The position numbers were made by a program, and so were the translations under genes. A stretch of 30,356 bases of DNA from Candidatus Bathyarchaeota archaeon (lineage in GTDB: Archaea > Thermoproteota > Bathyarchaeia > Bathyarchaeales > Bathycorpusculaceae). The stretch's first letter is position 1. Each line of letters starts with the position of its first letter. Shown here in pieces: positions 20,159-30,229 of this stretch. Where the stretch lies: assembly GCA_963775895.1 (NCBI GenBank), contig CAVZKL010000021.1, positions 1-30,356 on the forward strand. Direction: 5' to 3'. The notes under the pieces were generated by a model. That model ran no database searches, had not been told where the DNA came from, and was given only the letters and a program-made list of their open reading frames with translations.

Positions 20159-22227
20159 ATGACCAAGTACACACTTATTATTACTGAAAAGCCTGATGCC
20201 GCGCTTAGAATTGCTACAGCACTCGATAAAAAAGAAAGCCCCAGAAAAGTGTATGACAATGGCGTGCCCTACTACATCGCCAGACGCAACAGAAAAATCG
20301 TTATCGTTCCGGCACTCGGACATTTGTACACGATTACTGGCGATCAACTGGGAAGAAGTTACCCGGTTTTCAACTTCAAGTGGGTGCCACGTTACCTCGT
20401 TGAGAGAAAGGCCGTTGGAATTCGAACCTGGCTTCACACTATCACAAAACTGGCAGAACAAGCAGATATTTTCATCGACGCATGCGATTACGACGTAGAA
20501 GGGTGCATCATCGGATACTGCATACTCAAATATGCGTGCAAGGGCAAAGAACTAGACATCGAGACGCATGAAATTTTCGACCTTGACAAAGCAGGACATT
20601 GAAAAAGCATATGAAAAACTATTGCCACACCTCGATTTCGGTCAAATAGAAGCTGGGCGCACTAGACACGAAGTCGATTGGCTCTACGGTATTAACCTCT
20701 CTCGGGCCTTGATGTTGGCAATAAAAAACGCAAGCGGAAACTACGCGACCCTCAGCACTGGAAGAGTTCAAGGTCCGACCCTCAAATTTCTGGTTGACAG
20801 GGAAAAAGCCATTGGCACATTCGTCCCAACCCCATATTGGAAAGTGAAAGCTCTGATCGAAATCCACGGGCAGATTTTTGAAGCAAAGTATGAAAAAGAA
20901 GTGATCGAAGGCCAGGAAGAAGCAGAAACTGTAGTAAGTGCGTGCATCAGCAAGAAAGGTGAGGTTAAAGAGATTGATGTTCGGAAGGTTTTGCAACCTC
21001 CACCGTGCCCTTTCGATCTAGGCACGCTTCAAAATGAAGCATACGGCCTGTTCAAATGCGCGCCACAGCGTACTCTGAGTGTCGCTCAACAGCTCTATCT
21101 GAACGCGCTGATCTCTTATCCGAGAACCGACAGTCAAAGACTTCCTGCCACAATAGGATATGAAGCGATACTTCAGAACTTGGGCAGGATTGAACCAGTA
21201 CACGAAACTGACGAAGGAACTTTTGGCCAAACAGACTCTGAGGCCAAAGGAAGGAAAGAAAAACGATCCAGCCCACCCAGCTATTTATCCAACTGGTAAT
21301 CCACCAGAGAAGACATTCGAGCTTACTGAAAAAAGAATCCTGGATCTGGTGATTCGCAGATTCTTGGCGGTTTTCGGCGAGCCAGCCGTCAAACAGAACG
21401 TATGGATCTCAATAACGACAGATGGACATCGTTTCTACTTGAGCGGAAGTCAAGTACTTAGTAGGGGGTGGATGCGTTTTTATGAACCATATGTCAGATT
21501 TCAAGATGTTATTCTGCCACCATTAGAAAAAGGGCAGGTTATCAATATCAAAAAAGTGTTTCTGGAAAGCCGGTTCACAGAGGCACCTCCAAGGTACAAT
21601 CCGAACAGTTTACTCCGAAAGATGGAGCAAACAGAAATCGGCACCAAAGCAACGAGAGCCAACATCATACAAACACTGCAAGACCGCGGCTACGTTCAGG
21701 GTGAGCACATGACGGTTACAACCTTAGGCTCAGAAGTGTGCCATATCCTAGAAGCTCATTGCCCCACCGTAGTATCGACCAGTTTGACGCGAGAACTTGA
21801 AAAAAGCATGTTAAAAATTCAGGAAAAGAAGGAAAGTAGAGACAAAGTTCTGGCAGAAGCCACTGGAATATTGAAGCCAGTCTTGGAAGCCCTCAAGCAA
21901 AACGAGAAGGCGATTGGACAACAGTTGGCTGGGGCTTTGAAAATCTCAAGACTTGAAGAAAGAACCGTAGGCGCCTGCCCAGTGTGCAAGTCAGGAAAAC
22001 TTGTAATAGACTACTCGAAAAAGACTAGAAAACGGTTCATTGGATGCACGAATTATTTCAAGGGACTCTGTAACACTTCGTTTCCAATCCCCCAGAAGGG
22101 CGCTGTGAAACCAAGCAGAAAGACATGCGTTCACTGTGGTTGGCCAACTATTGAAACTAGGATTGGAAGGCGACCTTGGATTCTATGCTTTAACACAGAC
22201 TGTCCTCCGAAGTCAAGGAGCAAGTGA
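20159..22227 (+). CDS. topA: Type IA DNA topoisomerase, two apparent frameshifts (near 20560 and 21190)
   Basis: Toprim ITEKP, GHL, ACDYDVEG; STGRVQGPTL; active-site ISYPRTDS; AHPAIYPT; IGTKATRA; C-terminal Zn ribbons. Confidence 0.95.
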
Positions 22228-22442
22228 TGGATGAACGTGTTCTACGCGACCTAGAAGCTACAGCTGGAGATTAGCGTGAATTGCGCGACAATGTGTGAAA
22301 ATCTGACAAGGAAGCGGTTCAGTGAAAAAAGCAGCAACAGACGTTTGCTGGAAAGAGTATTTAAGTGAGGTTGTGATGAAACATTTAACGGGCTAATGGG
22401 CAAACGAGGTTGCTTAACACATAATCAAAACTGGAGAACAAC

Positions 22443-22871
22443 TTGATGTCAAAGACAGTTAAGAAAAGCATATCTTCAATTTCGTTTTCTTTGAATAGGC
22501 TCTATCGCGCTCTTTCGACTACAGGGCGATCAAGTTTCATCCTACCGGTAATTGTGATTGCAGCAGTCATCTTCTTCTTCGGGGGCGGACTGTATGACAT
22601 CATCATGAAACCACTTCCAGCTGTCTATTACGGCGGGCGGTTCCTATTCCTCTATCCGCAACTTTCTGAGCAGTTTATTTCGGATAGCATTGTTTCGATG
22701 ACCGTTTATGTCTTGGGCATCGTGGGACTACTAGCTGTGTACCAGAGTACGAAAAACGTTTACAGGCCGAGACAGGCGTACATGATGATGATCATGGGAA
22801 CAGCATTGCTGCTAATTGCTTACATATTCTTGGAAGCCTCAATACGGCTGAAAATAAGTGGTGCTGTCTAG
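22443..22871 (+). CDS. Membrane protein, OST3/OST6/DC2(OSTC)-like oligosaccharyltransferase accessory subunit
   Basis: Three TM segments; FFGGGLYDII..P...FL...L..QFISD.IVS....LG..GL resembles the OSTC/OST3 TM module (from memory, not a search). Confidence 0.65.
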   Translation: MMSKTVKKSISSISFSLNRLYRALSTTGRSSFILPVIVIAAVIFFFGGGLYDIIMKPLPAVYYGGRFLFLYPQLSEQFISDSIVSMTVYVLGIVGLLAVYQSTKNVYRPRQAYMMMIMGTALLLIAYIFLEASIRLKISGAV

Positions 22872-22877
22872 TCCTAT

Positions 22878-23375
22878 TCACCAAGGATTGCTTTTCAGTT
22901 TGAGCTTGTAGGCCACATAATTCGTTATTAGATGAATAGGCGGAGTCAACAACAGAACAGTTACAATTAGCTCCCAGCTTCGCGCTAGGGAGAGAGGAAT
23001 CGAAAAGAGAATCGCACCAAGTATGAAGTCGATCTGATCCACGACCGGCAACAATCCTCCAGGTGGAATGTTGAGCCTACGCTTTAAGAAGGCACCAGTT
23101 AAGTCTCCGACTAGTGCGCCTAGGGAAACAATGAAACCAAACATTATCGGGTAATCAAAAACCGCGGTTTCAGCGAGACCTGTGACTGTTCCAATTGCCA
23201 GCCCCGCAAAGAAACCACGATAAGTCTTGTTTTTCCCAAAGATCGGCCTCCCGTCTGGCAGCGTTTTTCCAAGATCAATCGATTTTCCACCTCCAGCAAG
23301 CACGGGCACGGCGTTTGCACAGTACGCTGGAAATATGAATTTCAACGCTTCAATGATCAATTGTGTTGCGTCCAT
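22878..23375 (-). CDS. carS: CDP-archaeol synthase
   Basis: PAYCANAVPV, ID.G....DGR.IFG.NKT.RG, GDL.GAFLKRR, DQIDF, LK..PW. Confidence 0.95.
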   Translation of the reverse strand: MDATQLIIEALKFIFPAYCANAVPVLAGGGKSIDLGKTLPDGRPIFGKNKTYRGFFAGLAIGTVTGLAETAVFDYPIMFGFIVSLGALVGDLTGAFLKRRLNIPPGGLLPVVDQIDFILGAILFSIPLSLARSWELIVTVLLLTPPIHLITNYVAYKLKLKSNPW

Positions 23376-23387
23376 TTGTGAACCCCA

Positions 23388-24084
23388 TTAGTGAAAGGTA
23401 TGATCATGTATTCCGGTTTGCCCGATTCGCAGATCATATTTCGCTGACGCAAGTTTTACAGGATTTTTTTCCACTTCTGCTCTTATTATTGTTGGGTTTT
23501 CCGTGAGCCTCAGCGCCAAGACCGTGTCGGCCCAGAATTTCAAGACTCTTGTGGCGACAGGTTCGACGCTAACTGGCAATTCATTGAACACCGCGTGGAC
23601 CTGACTCGTGAGTAAAACTCCGATTTTTTGAGTTTTTGCAGTCTGTGCAAGAACTGCTAGTTGCCTGTTAAGCTCTCGGTTGAGTTCAAAAGTTTTTGAA
23701 GGTGACTCAGCGATTCTCAGACGATAAAGTGAAGTTATCGTGTCGAAAACTACGAGTTTGAAATTCTTGTTCAAATAGTCAGTAAGATGATCGACTAGTG
23801 CTGTTTGTTCGCGAAAGTCTTCAGGTCTGGCGAGAATTATGAGCTCAGAGATTTCATTGTAATCGTCAGGTGCGATCTGAGAAAGCCTGCGACCCGAGAA
23901 GGTTCTTTCAGTATCTACGAACATTGCTTTGTAGGCCGTTTTTCGCACAATTCGCGGCACACTGCATGGCAAGCGTAGTCTTGCCTGTTTCTGCCTCTCC
24001 ATAAACGAGCGTTAGACTCGCAACTGGGAAACCGCCCATCAAAGACTCGTCGATTGCTCTGCAGCCCGTTGGAATTTTCTCCAA
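23388..24084 (-). CDS. radB: RadB-like RecA-family ATPase, one apparent frameshift near 23935
   Basis: IPTGC..ID..L.GG, Walker A GEAETGKT, FVDTE, VVFDTITSLYR, TSQV; no RadA N-terminal domain. Confidence 0.8.
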
Positions 24085-24165
24085 GTTAAAGCACGTCAAC
24101 AGATATAAATTGCCAAACTATAATGTGTTTTGCGTTTGCACACTTCAAATTGCTAGGACTGCCGT

Positions 24166-24828
24166 ATGAAAGCAAGAATAGCCGTGGTAACCGTTTCGGG
24201 AAGAGCCTACTACATCATCGTCAACGAGCTTAAGAGAAAAAACATTCCTTTTCTAAGCTTGACCCCTCATGAATCTGTTCCGATAGGAATCAAAGTTGTC
24301 ATAACGACAGAAGCTGAGAAGAGATTTGTAAACCATGAGAGAGTCTTAACGTACAAGCCTGGTGTCGAACCTTCAGTCTTGGCAAATGAAGCTTTGCAGA
24401 TTGTTCAAGGAAAAGAGACCTTCGAGAAAGTTATCATAGGCGTAGACCCGGGTGAAGTGTTCGGTTTGGCAGTACTGGCGGGTGGGCGTGTTATGGAGAC
24501 AGACAACTGTTACAGTGTAAAAGATGCACTTAGCAGGATTGAATCAATGGTTCGAGATCTTGAAAGTGTGCCTGTGGCATCGATCTCCGTAAAGATTGGC
24601 AACGGAGTTCCTGAGTGCGAAGAGAAATTGTTCCGTGCACTCGACAAGTCACTGCCAAAGAGAGTTACGTTGGAAAGCGTGAGAGAGGAAGGAACAGATT
24701 CTCGTCTAGACGAAGCGAAACATAGAAGAGGGTTAAGGGATATAGTGTCGGCAATACAAATAGCTGGGAGAATTGGGCAAACGTACCGCAGGAGAAAAAC
24801 GGATGAATCGTACGGTCGAAAAGGATAA
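24166..24828 (+). CDS. Hypothetical protein with C-terminal RNase H-like (YqgF/RuvC-type) fold
   Basis: IIGVDPG..FGLAV, KIGNG, VREEGT, DIVSAIQIA acidic pattern. Confidence 0.65.
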   Translation: MKARIAVVTVSGRAYYIIVNELKRKNIPFLSLTPHESVPIGIKVVITTEAEKRFVNHERVLTYKPGVEPSVLANEALQIVQGKETFEKVIIGVDPGEVFGLAVLAGGRVMETDNCYSVKDALSRIESMVRDLESVPVASISVKIGNGVPECEEKLFRALDKSLPKRVTLESVREEGTDSRLDEAKHRRGLRDIVSAIQIAGRIGQTYRRRKTDESYGRKG

Positions 24829-26117
24829 GACTCTGGTGGTCGACGGACCGGCCTCTGTGACATTGTGTTCGGGGAAAGTGGAGGTCTTTGGATCTGAATT
24901 AGCATTAACAAGCAGAGTTGTTATTCGCGAGGGAAAAAGGCTTCCTTTCTTAGTTCAAGAGAAAGCCGTGCTTGACATCTCTGTTGGGGACAAAGCAGCT
25001 GCTGAAGAAGTTGACGGCAGTACGATTCCTTCCTCATGGACGGAATCGGCAGAACAGCTGCTTGAAATTCAGACCAAAACCGCGATCGGATTGGTTCTCG
25101 GAACGGTTGATTCTGGAAAATCGAGTTTTTGCACTTATCTAATCAACAGAATTCTTGCTGATAAACGGAAGGTTGCGGTTCTGGATGGCGATTTGGGCCA
25201 ATCAGATGTCGGGCCGCCTTCAACGATTGCTTATGCCATTGTGTCCAAACCACTCACTGATCTGTTCAATTTGCAAGCAAGAAGTGCTTGTTTCATTGGG
25301 GAAACATCACCTGGCAACGTTACAGAGGAGATGATCCGAGGCCTATCGTTGCTCAAGAAGGAGATCATCGTCAAAGACCTAGACTTTCTCATTGTAAACA
25401 CTGATGGATGGACTGAAGGCGAATGCGCTGTGAATTACAAACTTAGGCTGATCGAAGAACTTAGCCCCGACTTGATCTTCTCCATCCAACAGCAGGATGA
25501 GTTGGGACCAATCATTAACGGGCTTGGAAGATTCAGGATAATCTCGGTAGAGTCACCTTCTGCGATAAGGCAAAGAGATAGAGAAAAGCGAAAGAGCCTG
25601 CGAGAGCTTGGGTACAAGAAATATCTTCGGACACCGAGAGTTCAATCTCTCTCCTTGAGCTGGGTTAAGATCGAAGGGGACGAATCTTTCGGGCTGAGTA
25701 AAGGTCGCACCCTCACCAGGGAAGCAAGAAAAGTCAACGAGATGCTTGGAATGAAGCCTCTGCACGTTGCCGAGTTAACTGACAGGATCAACATAATCAT
25801 CGGCAAGAAACGCTGGATTAGTCAAGACAACATAAAAAAGGTGGAAGAACACACGAAGAAAAGAATTGTCGTGACAAGAAAGGGCGAAGAAGAAGGGCTT
25901 CTTGCTGGGAATGTATGACGCCAACAGAAAGTTTCTCGGCATTGGAGTGGTACAAGAGATTGATTATCTGAGGAAGGCAGTGAAGGTTCTCAGTCCGGTT
26001 TCGGATGAGGTCTCGATCTTGGTTTTGGGCAAGATCAAACTTGATAAGAACATGAAGGAGATTTCTCCGCCTGAGGAAAACAATGTGGATTTTGGGTCTT
26101 TCAATAAGCTTTTCTGA
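24803..26117 (+). CDS. Clp1/Grc3-like polynucleotide 5'-hydroxyl kinase, one apparent frameshift near 25907
   Basis: VDGPASV, P-loop GTVDSGKS, DGDLGQSDVGPP, NTDGW, RxRxxRxxLR; the C-terminal GLLxG..D...FLGIG continues in ORF 25902-26117. Confidence 0.88.
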
Positions 26118-26773
26118 ACAGGTTTCTTGACGGGCAAAGCTTATTCAATGGGCAAGAGTCACAAAGCGGGGATCTTGCTTTGCAGTATTTCCTGCCGTGA
26201 AGGATGAGAAGTACGTGGACTGCTAGGTAGTTTTGACGGCTGTACGATGATTGAAGAGTCTGGCGGACGGCTTCGTAATCAGCATTCGCAGATGCGAGGA
26301 ATAATCGTTTTGAGACCCTGTTGACGTGAGTGTCGACTGGCACCGTTGCTTTGTTAGCAGCAAACAGCAAGACGACGTCGGCGGTTTTCGGTCCAACGCC
26401 GTGGAGTTGCATCAGCTCGGTTCTTGCCTCTTCAAGAGGTTTTGACAGCACAGACTTCAAATCGCCACTATACTTTTCGAGAACTGTTTTTGAGACTTGT
26501 TTTATTACTTTGGCCTTGTTTCGGTACAGTCCCGCGACTTTCAAGCAGGCTTCTATCTGTCTTGTTTGGGCGTTGGCCAAGGTTTCGGCGTTTATTCGAA
26601 AATCGTTCGACAGTCTTTCGAAGGCCTTTCTGAGTGTTTCTGTCGTTTGTGTTTTGCGAGATGATCGTTAGGATGAGGGTTCTGAAGGGGTCAGCTGCAG
26701 ATTTCGTCCATCTAGGCATCTGGTATGTGCGTTTAAGCACTTTCAGGATTTCTTCAGCGTGTTTGTTAACCAT
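26101..26773 (-). CDS. nth: Endonuclease III (HhH-GPD, Fe-S), one apparent frameshift near 26628
   Basis: DPF..LI.TIISQNTND, GLYRNKA, L.GVGPKTA, VDTHV.RV..R, C-x6-C-x2-C-x5-C. Confidence 0.93.
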
Positions 26774-26845
26774 CAGATGGCTCCTATCTTGAAAGTGATA
26801 AATAGTGAAAACGTGAACCTATAAATAGCAAATGGAGAGAGCGCA

Positions 26846-27217
26846 GTGGAACGGGCAAGAGTCGTAAAGGACGAGATAGTCGAGCAGAACACGCGTTTTC
26901 TCGCCGTCTACGTTGAAGCGAAGAATTCGTGCTTGGTATTGTTGAGTGAGAAAGAAGATAAGATGGGTACGTTGGTTATTGCCGTTCCAAGACCGAAAGA
27001 TTTGCTGGGTCCTCCGTCTTCTTCCGTGCTTTTAGGCGACAAGAACTCTGCTACTGCGCGCATGTTCGCGGAGTATCTTGCGATGCGGAAGGAGAAGATC
27101 GCGTTGGTTTCGGTTTATCTTGAAACGATGGATGAAAGGCAGGCGCAATCGGCGTTCAAACGCTTGCTGGACAAGGTGACCTTTGAACAACCTCAGAAGG
27201 AGGGGTTGACCGCTTGA
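26846..27217 (+). CDS. Proteasome assembly chaperone PAC3/PAC4-like protein
   Basis: KMGTLVIAVP...SSVLLGD.....ARMFAEYLA.R..K..LVSV.L resembles the PAC3/PAC4 fold pattern (from memory). Confidence 0.6.
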   Translation: MERARVVKDEIVEQNTRFLAVYVEAKNSCLVLLSEKEDKMGTLVIAVPRPKDLLGPPSSSVLLGDKNSATARMFAEYLAMRKEKIALVSVYLETMDERQAQSAFKRLLDKVTFEQPQKEGLTA

Positions 27218-28635
27218 GTCTGAGAGAATTTCTCAAGCAGATGGAAAAGCAAAAAGAAGTACTCCATGTAGAAGAGAGCGTGTCACCTCGTTTTGACATT
27301 TCCTACGTGGTGAGATGTTTTGACAAGGATGGACCAATAATCTTGTTTGAAAACGTGAGAGGCTTCAAAACGAGAGTCGTTGCCAACGTTTCAGGAACAC
27401 GCGGCAGGATGTGCAGGGCACTCAACGTAAATTCGGAGGGGCTTTACAGAAAACTGGCCGATGCTTGGCGTTCACCCGTCAAAGCTAAGACTGTGACGAG
27501 CGCTGCGGTGAAGGAGCGTAAGGAGAAGGCAATAGATTTGACGAGGATACCGGTCTTGACGCATTTTGAGAAGGATGCAGGGCCCTACATCACTTCGGGT
27601 GTCGTGCATGCTAGAAGCGCTGACGGCGAGGTTGAAAACCTTTCTGTTCATCGCCTTCAGGTCTTGGATAAGCACCATATGGCCATCCGCTTGGTTCCAC
27701 GTCATCTTTTCAAGCTGTGGCGAACGGCAAAGGAGAGTGGAAAGGATTTGGATGTTGCGATTTCTATAGGCGTTCATCCAGCCGTATTGTTGGCTGCTGC
27801 TTCTCCTGTGCCTTTCGGTTTGAACGAATATGATGTTGCCAATGCTTTGATGAACGGTCGTTTGAAATTGGCTCAGTGTGAGAGTGTTGATGCGGCGGCT
27901 CCGGCTGAAGCGGAATTGGTTCTGGAAGGAAAGATTTCGGCGGCAGAAGTTGCGGAGGGACCGTTCGTTGATGTAACTGGAACTTATGACGTTCAGCGTG
28001 TGCAGCCTGTGGTCAACGTGGTGGGAGTTATGCATAGAGAGGATTATGTCTATCACGCTCTTCTATCGTCGGGGGCGGAGCATATGCTTCTGATGGGGTT
28101 GCCGCATGAGGTTTTGATTTGGGAAGCGGTCTCAAAGGTTGTGCCCAAGGTTTACGCCGTTAATCTTTCAAGAGGCGGAAGCGGATGGCTTCATGCGATC
28201 ATCTCCGTTGAGAAACAGTTAGAGGGTGACGGCAAGAACGCTCTGCTGGCGGCGTTTGGGGCACACCCAAGTCTGAAACACGCGGTGGTTGTCGATTCCG
28301 ATATTGACGTTTTCGACGTTTCAGAGGTTGAGTGGGCCATAGCAACGCGTTTTCAGGGGCGTGAAGATCTTGTGTTGATAAGTGATGCCCGTGGTTCGAC
28401 GCTGGATCCTTCAGCGGATCAGGAGAAAGTGTTGACTTCGAAAGTCGGTTTCGACGCCACAAGGCCTTTTTCGAAACCGAAAGAGAAGTTTGAGAGAGCG
28501 AGAATTCCAGGTAATGATGATCTTGAACGACTGGTTCGAAGGCTGGGCGGAAAATCACTTAAAGATCGGGTTGACGTAATAGCAAGAGGTTTGAAAACAG
28601 GAAGTAGGTTGGATTGGGTTGACGGAAGAAAGTAA
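27214..28635 (+). CDS. ubiD: UbiD-family prFMN decarboxylase (probably anhydromevalonate-phosphate decarboxylase of the archaeal mevalonate pathway)
   Basis: SLREFL, DAGPYITSG, SVHRL, EGPFVD.TG.YD, VVVDSDID, EWAIATR, GSTLDPS, K.G.DAT. Substrate assignment is inference. Confidence 0.9.
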   Translation: MSLREFLKQMEKQKEVLHVEESVSPRFDISYVVRCFDKDGPIILFENVRGFKTRVVANVSGTRGRMCRALNVNSEGLYRKLADAWRSPVKAKTVTSAAVKERKEKAIDLTRIPVLTHFEKDAGPYITSGVVHARSADGEVENLSVHRLQVLDKHHMAIRLVPRHLFKLWRTAKESGKDLDVAISIGVHPAVLLAAASPVPFGLNEYDVANALMNGRLKLAQCESVDAAAPAEAELVLEGKISAAEVAEGPFVDVTGTYDVQRVQPVVNVVGVMHREDYVYHALLSSGAEHMLLMGLPHEVLIWEAVSKVVPKVYAVNLSRGGSGWLHAIISVEKQLEGDGKNALLAAFGAHPSLKHAVVVDSDIDVFDVSEVEWAIATRFQGREDLVLISDARGSTLDPSADQEKVLTSKVGFDATRPFSKPKEKFERARIPGNDDLERLVRRLGGKSLKDRVDVIARGLKTGSRLDWVDGRK

Positions 28636-29107
28636 GAAGGAAAGTGAGTCTATTCTGAGAGTTGCGGATGTAATGGTCAGAGAAGTGATTACTATCGATG
28701 AGGAGTTGACGGTCAAGGAAGCTGCGGAAATAATGAACAAGTTTGAGATTGGATGCGTGATCGCTGTGAGAAGAAGCAAGACTATGGGGATTTTGACGGA
28801 GCGAGATCTGCTGAAAAGGGTTGTTGCTGAAGGAAGGGACGCTTCCAAGATTAAGGTTAAAGATGTTATGACGAGTCCTTTGGTCGTTGCCGAACCGGAC
28901 ATGGACTTGGGAGAGGCGGTGAAGTTGATGTTTCAGATGAAGATCAAGAAACTTCCGGTCGTTGATGGTAAGAAGCTCGTGGGGTTAGTGAGTCTGACTG
29001 ACATTGCTCGTTTCCAGCCTCAGATGATCGTGGTGTTGAAGCAGCTTGCGGCAAGTCAGGGTGCGCCGAAGAGTATGCAGAAAGTCATAGATCGCTACGT
29101 GGTATAG
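28619..29107 (+). CDS. CBS-pair protein
   Basis: VADVM, GILTERDLL, IKKLPVV..KLVGLVSLTDI. Confidence 0.92.
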   Translation: MTEESKKESESILRVADVMVREVITIDEELTVKEAAEIMNKFEIGCVIAVRRSKTMGILTERDLLKRVVAEGRDASKIKVKDVMTSPLVVAEPDMDLGEAVKLMFQMKIKKLPVVDGKKLVGLVSLTDIARFQPQMIVVLKQLAASQGAPKSMQKVIDRYVV

Positions 29108-29171
29108 GCCTCGTTGGGTTCACGGGCTTCGAAAGAAGTATAAGCGCCCTTTTTTTCATTCTATCACTGCA

Positions 29172-30229
29172 ATGAGAACGCTAGTCTTGGAAGTTGATCC
29201 GGAGCGGCCCGATTTAGAGAAGGTGCGCAGGGCTGCGGATTTGATTAGGAGAGGCGGTTTGGTTGCTTTTCCAACTGAAACGGTTTACGGGCTTGGGGCA
29301 GACGCTTTGAACGCTGAAGCGGTGTTGGCGGTTTTCGAAGCGAAGAAGCGTCCGCTCGATAATCCTCCGATCGTTCATGTGTGCAGTGTGAGGGATGTTT
29401 ACAGGTTGGCTGAAGAGGTTCCTGTGAAGGCTAGGATGTTGATGAAAGAGTTTTGGCCCGGTCCGCTGACTTTGATTTTGCGACGCTCGGACATCGTGCC
29501 TGACGTTACGGTGGCAGGCTTGGACACTATCGCCGTCAGGATGCCCAGGCACAAAGTTGCGTTGGCGCTGATCAGGGGGAGTCGTTGTCCTATTTCGGCT
29601 CCGAGCGCGAATCTTTCGGGGAGACCCAGTCCGACGATGGCGGGGCATGTGTTGGAGGATCTTGACGGCAGGATTGATGCCGTTCTGGATGCTGGGTCTA
29701 CGCGAATCGGGGTGGAGTCGACGGTTTTGGATTTGACTGTTGATCCGCCGCAGGTTCTGCGGCCCGGTGGGACGTCTTTTGAGTTGTTGAAGAGGAGGCT
29801 GGGGGAGGTGGAGCTGAACGTCTGCGGTGACGGCTGAGAAGGATTTGCCGTGTGAGACGGCGCGTTCGCCTGGGGTTAAGCATAGGCATTATGCTCCTAA
29901 GGCTGATGTTGTGCTGGTTGAGGGTGGGTTGTCGGCTGTGACTGCGAGGATCAGGGAGTTGGTGGAGTTTTATGGTCGCGTAGGGAAGCGTGTTGGTGTG
30001 CTCTGCACCGACGAGACCGTGGAGTGCTACAGTGCGGATGTGGTGAGGTCTGTTGGAAGCAGGAGCTGATTTGGCGGCGGTGGCGCACAACTTGTTCGGG
30101 CTTTTGAGGGAGTTTGACTCGGAGGGTGTGGACGTGATTGTTGCTGAAGCGTTGCCGATGGAGGGGTTGGGGTTGGCTGTTATGAACAGGCTTCGCAGGG
30201 CTGCGGGGTACAAGATCGTTAAAGCTTAG
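29172..30229 (+). CDS. sua5: Threonylcarbamoyl-AMP synthase Sua5 (TsaC + SUA5 domain), two apparent frameshifts (near 29822 and 30062)
   Basis: VAFPTETVYGLGA, K.RP.DNP.IVH, FWPGPLT, APSANLSG.PSPT, GVEST, SPG.KHRHYAP; final frame AHNLF..LR.FD...GLG.AVMNRLRRAA ends at TAG 30227-30229. Confidence 0.95.

Noticed and set aside
22228-22442. 215-bp intergenic gap as a possible ncRNA or origin near the skew midpoint
   Set aside because: No clear structure, ORB or repeat; it contains only a plausible TATA box (TATTTAAG) for the downstream gene
28530-28635. C-terminal extension of UbiD overlapping the next CBS gene
   Set aside because: No recognisable motif; could be stop loss or an indel error and cannot be resolved here
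29698-30213. 171-aa antisense ORF (also 11446-11838 and 29214-29648)
   Set aside because: Shadow ORFs over sua5/speB caused by stop-codon depletion in strongly skewed DNA; low-complexity translations
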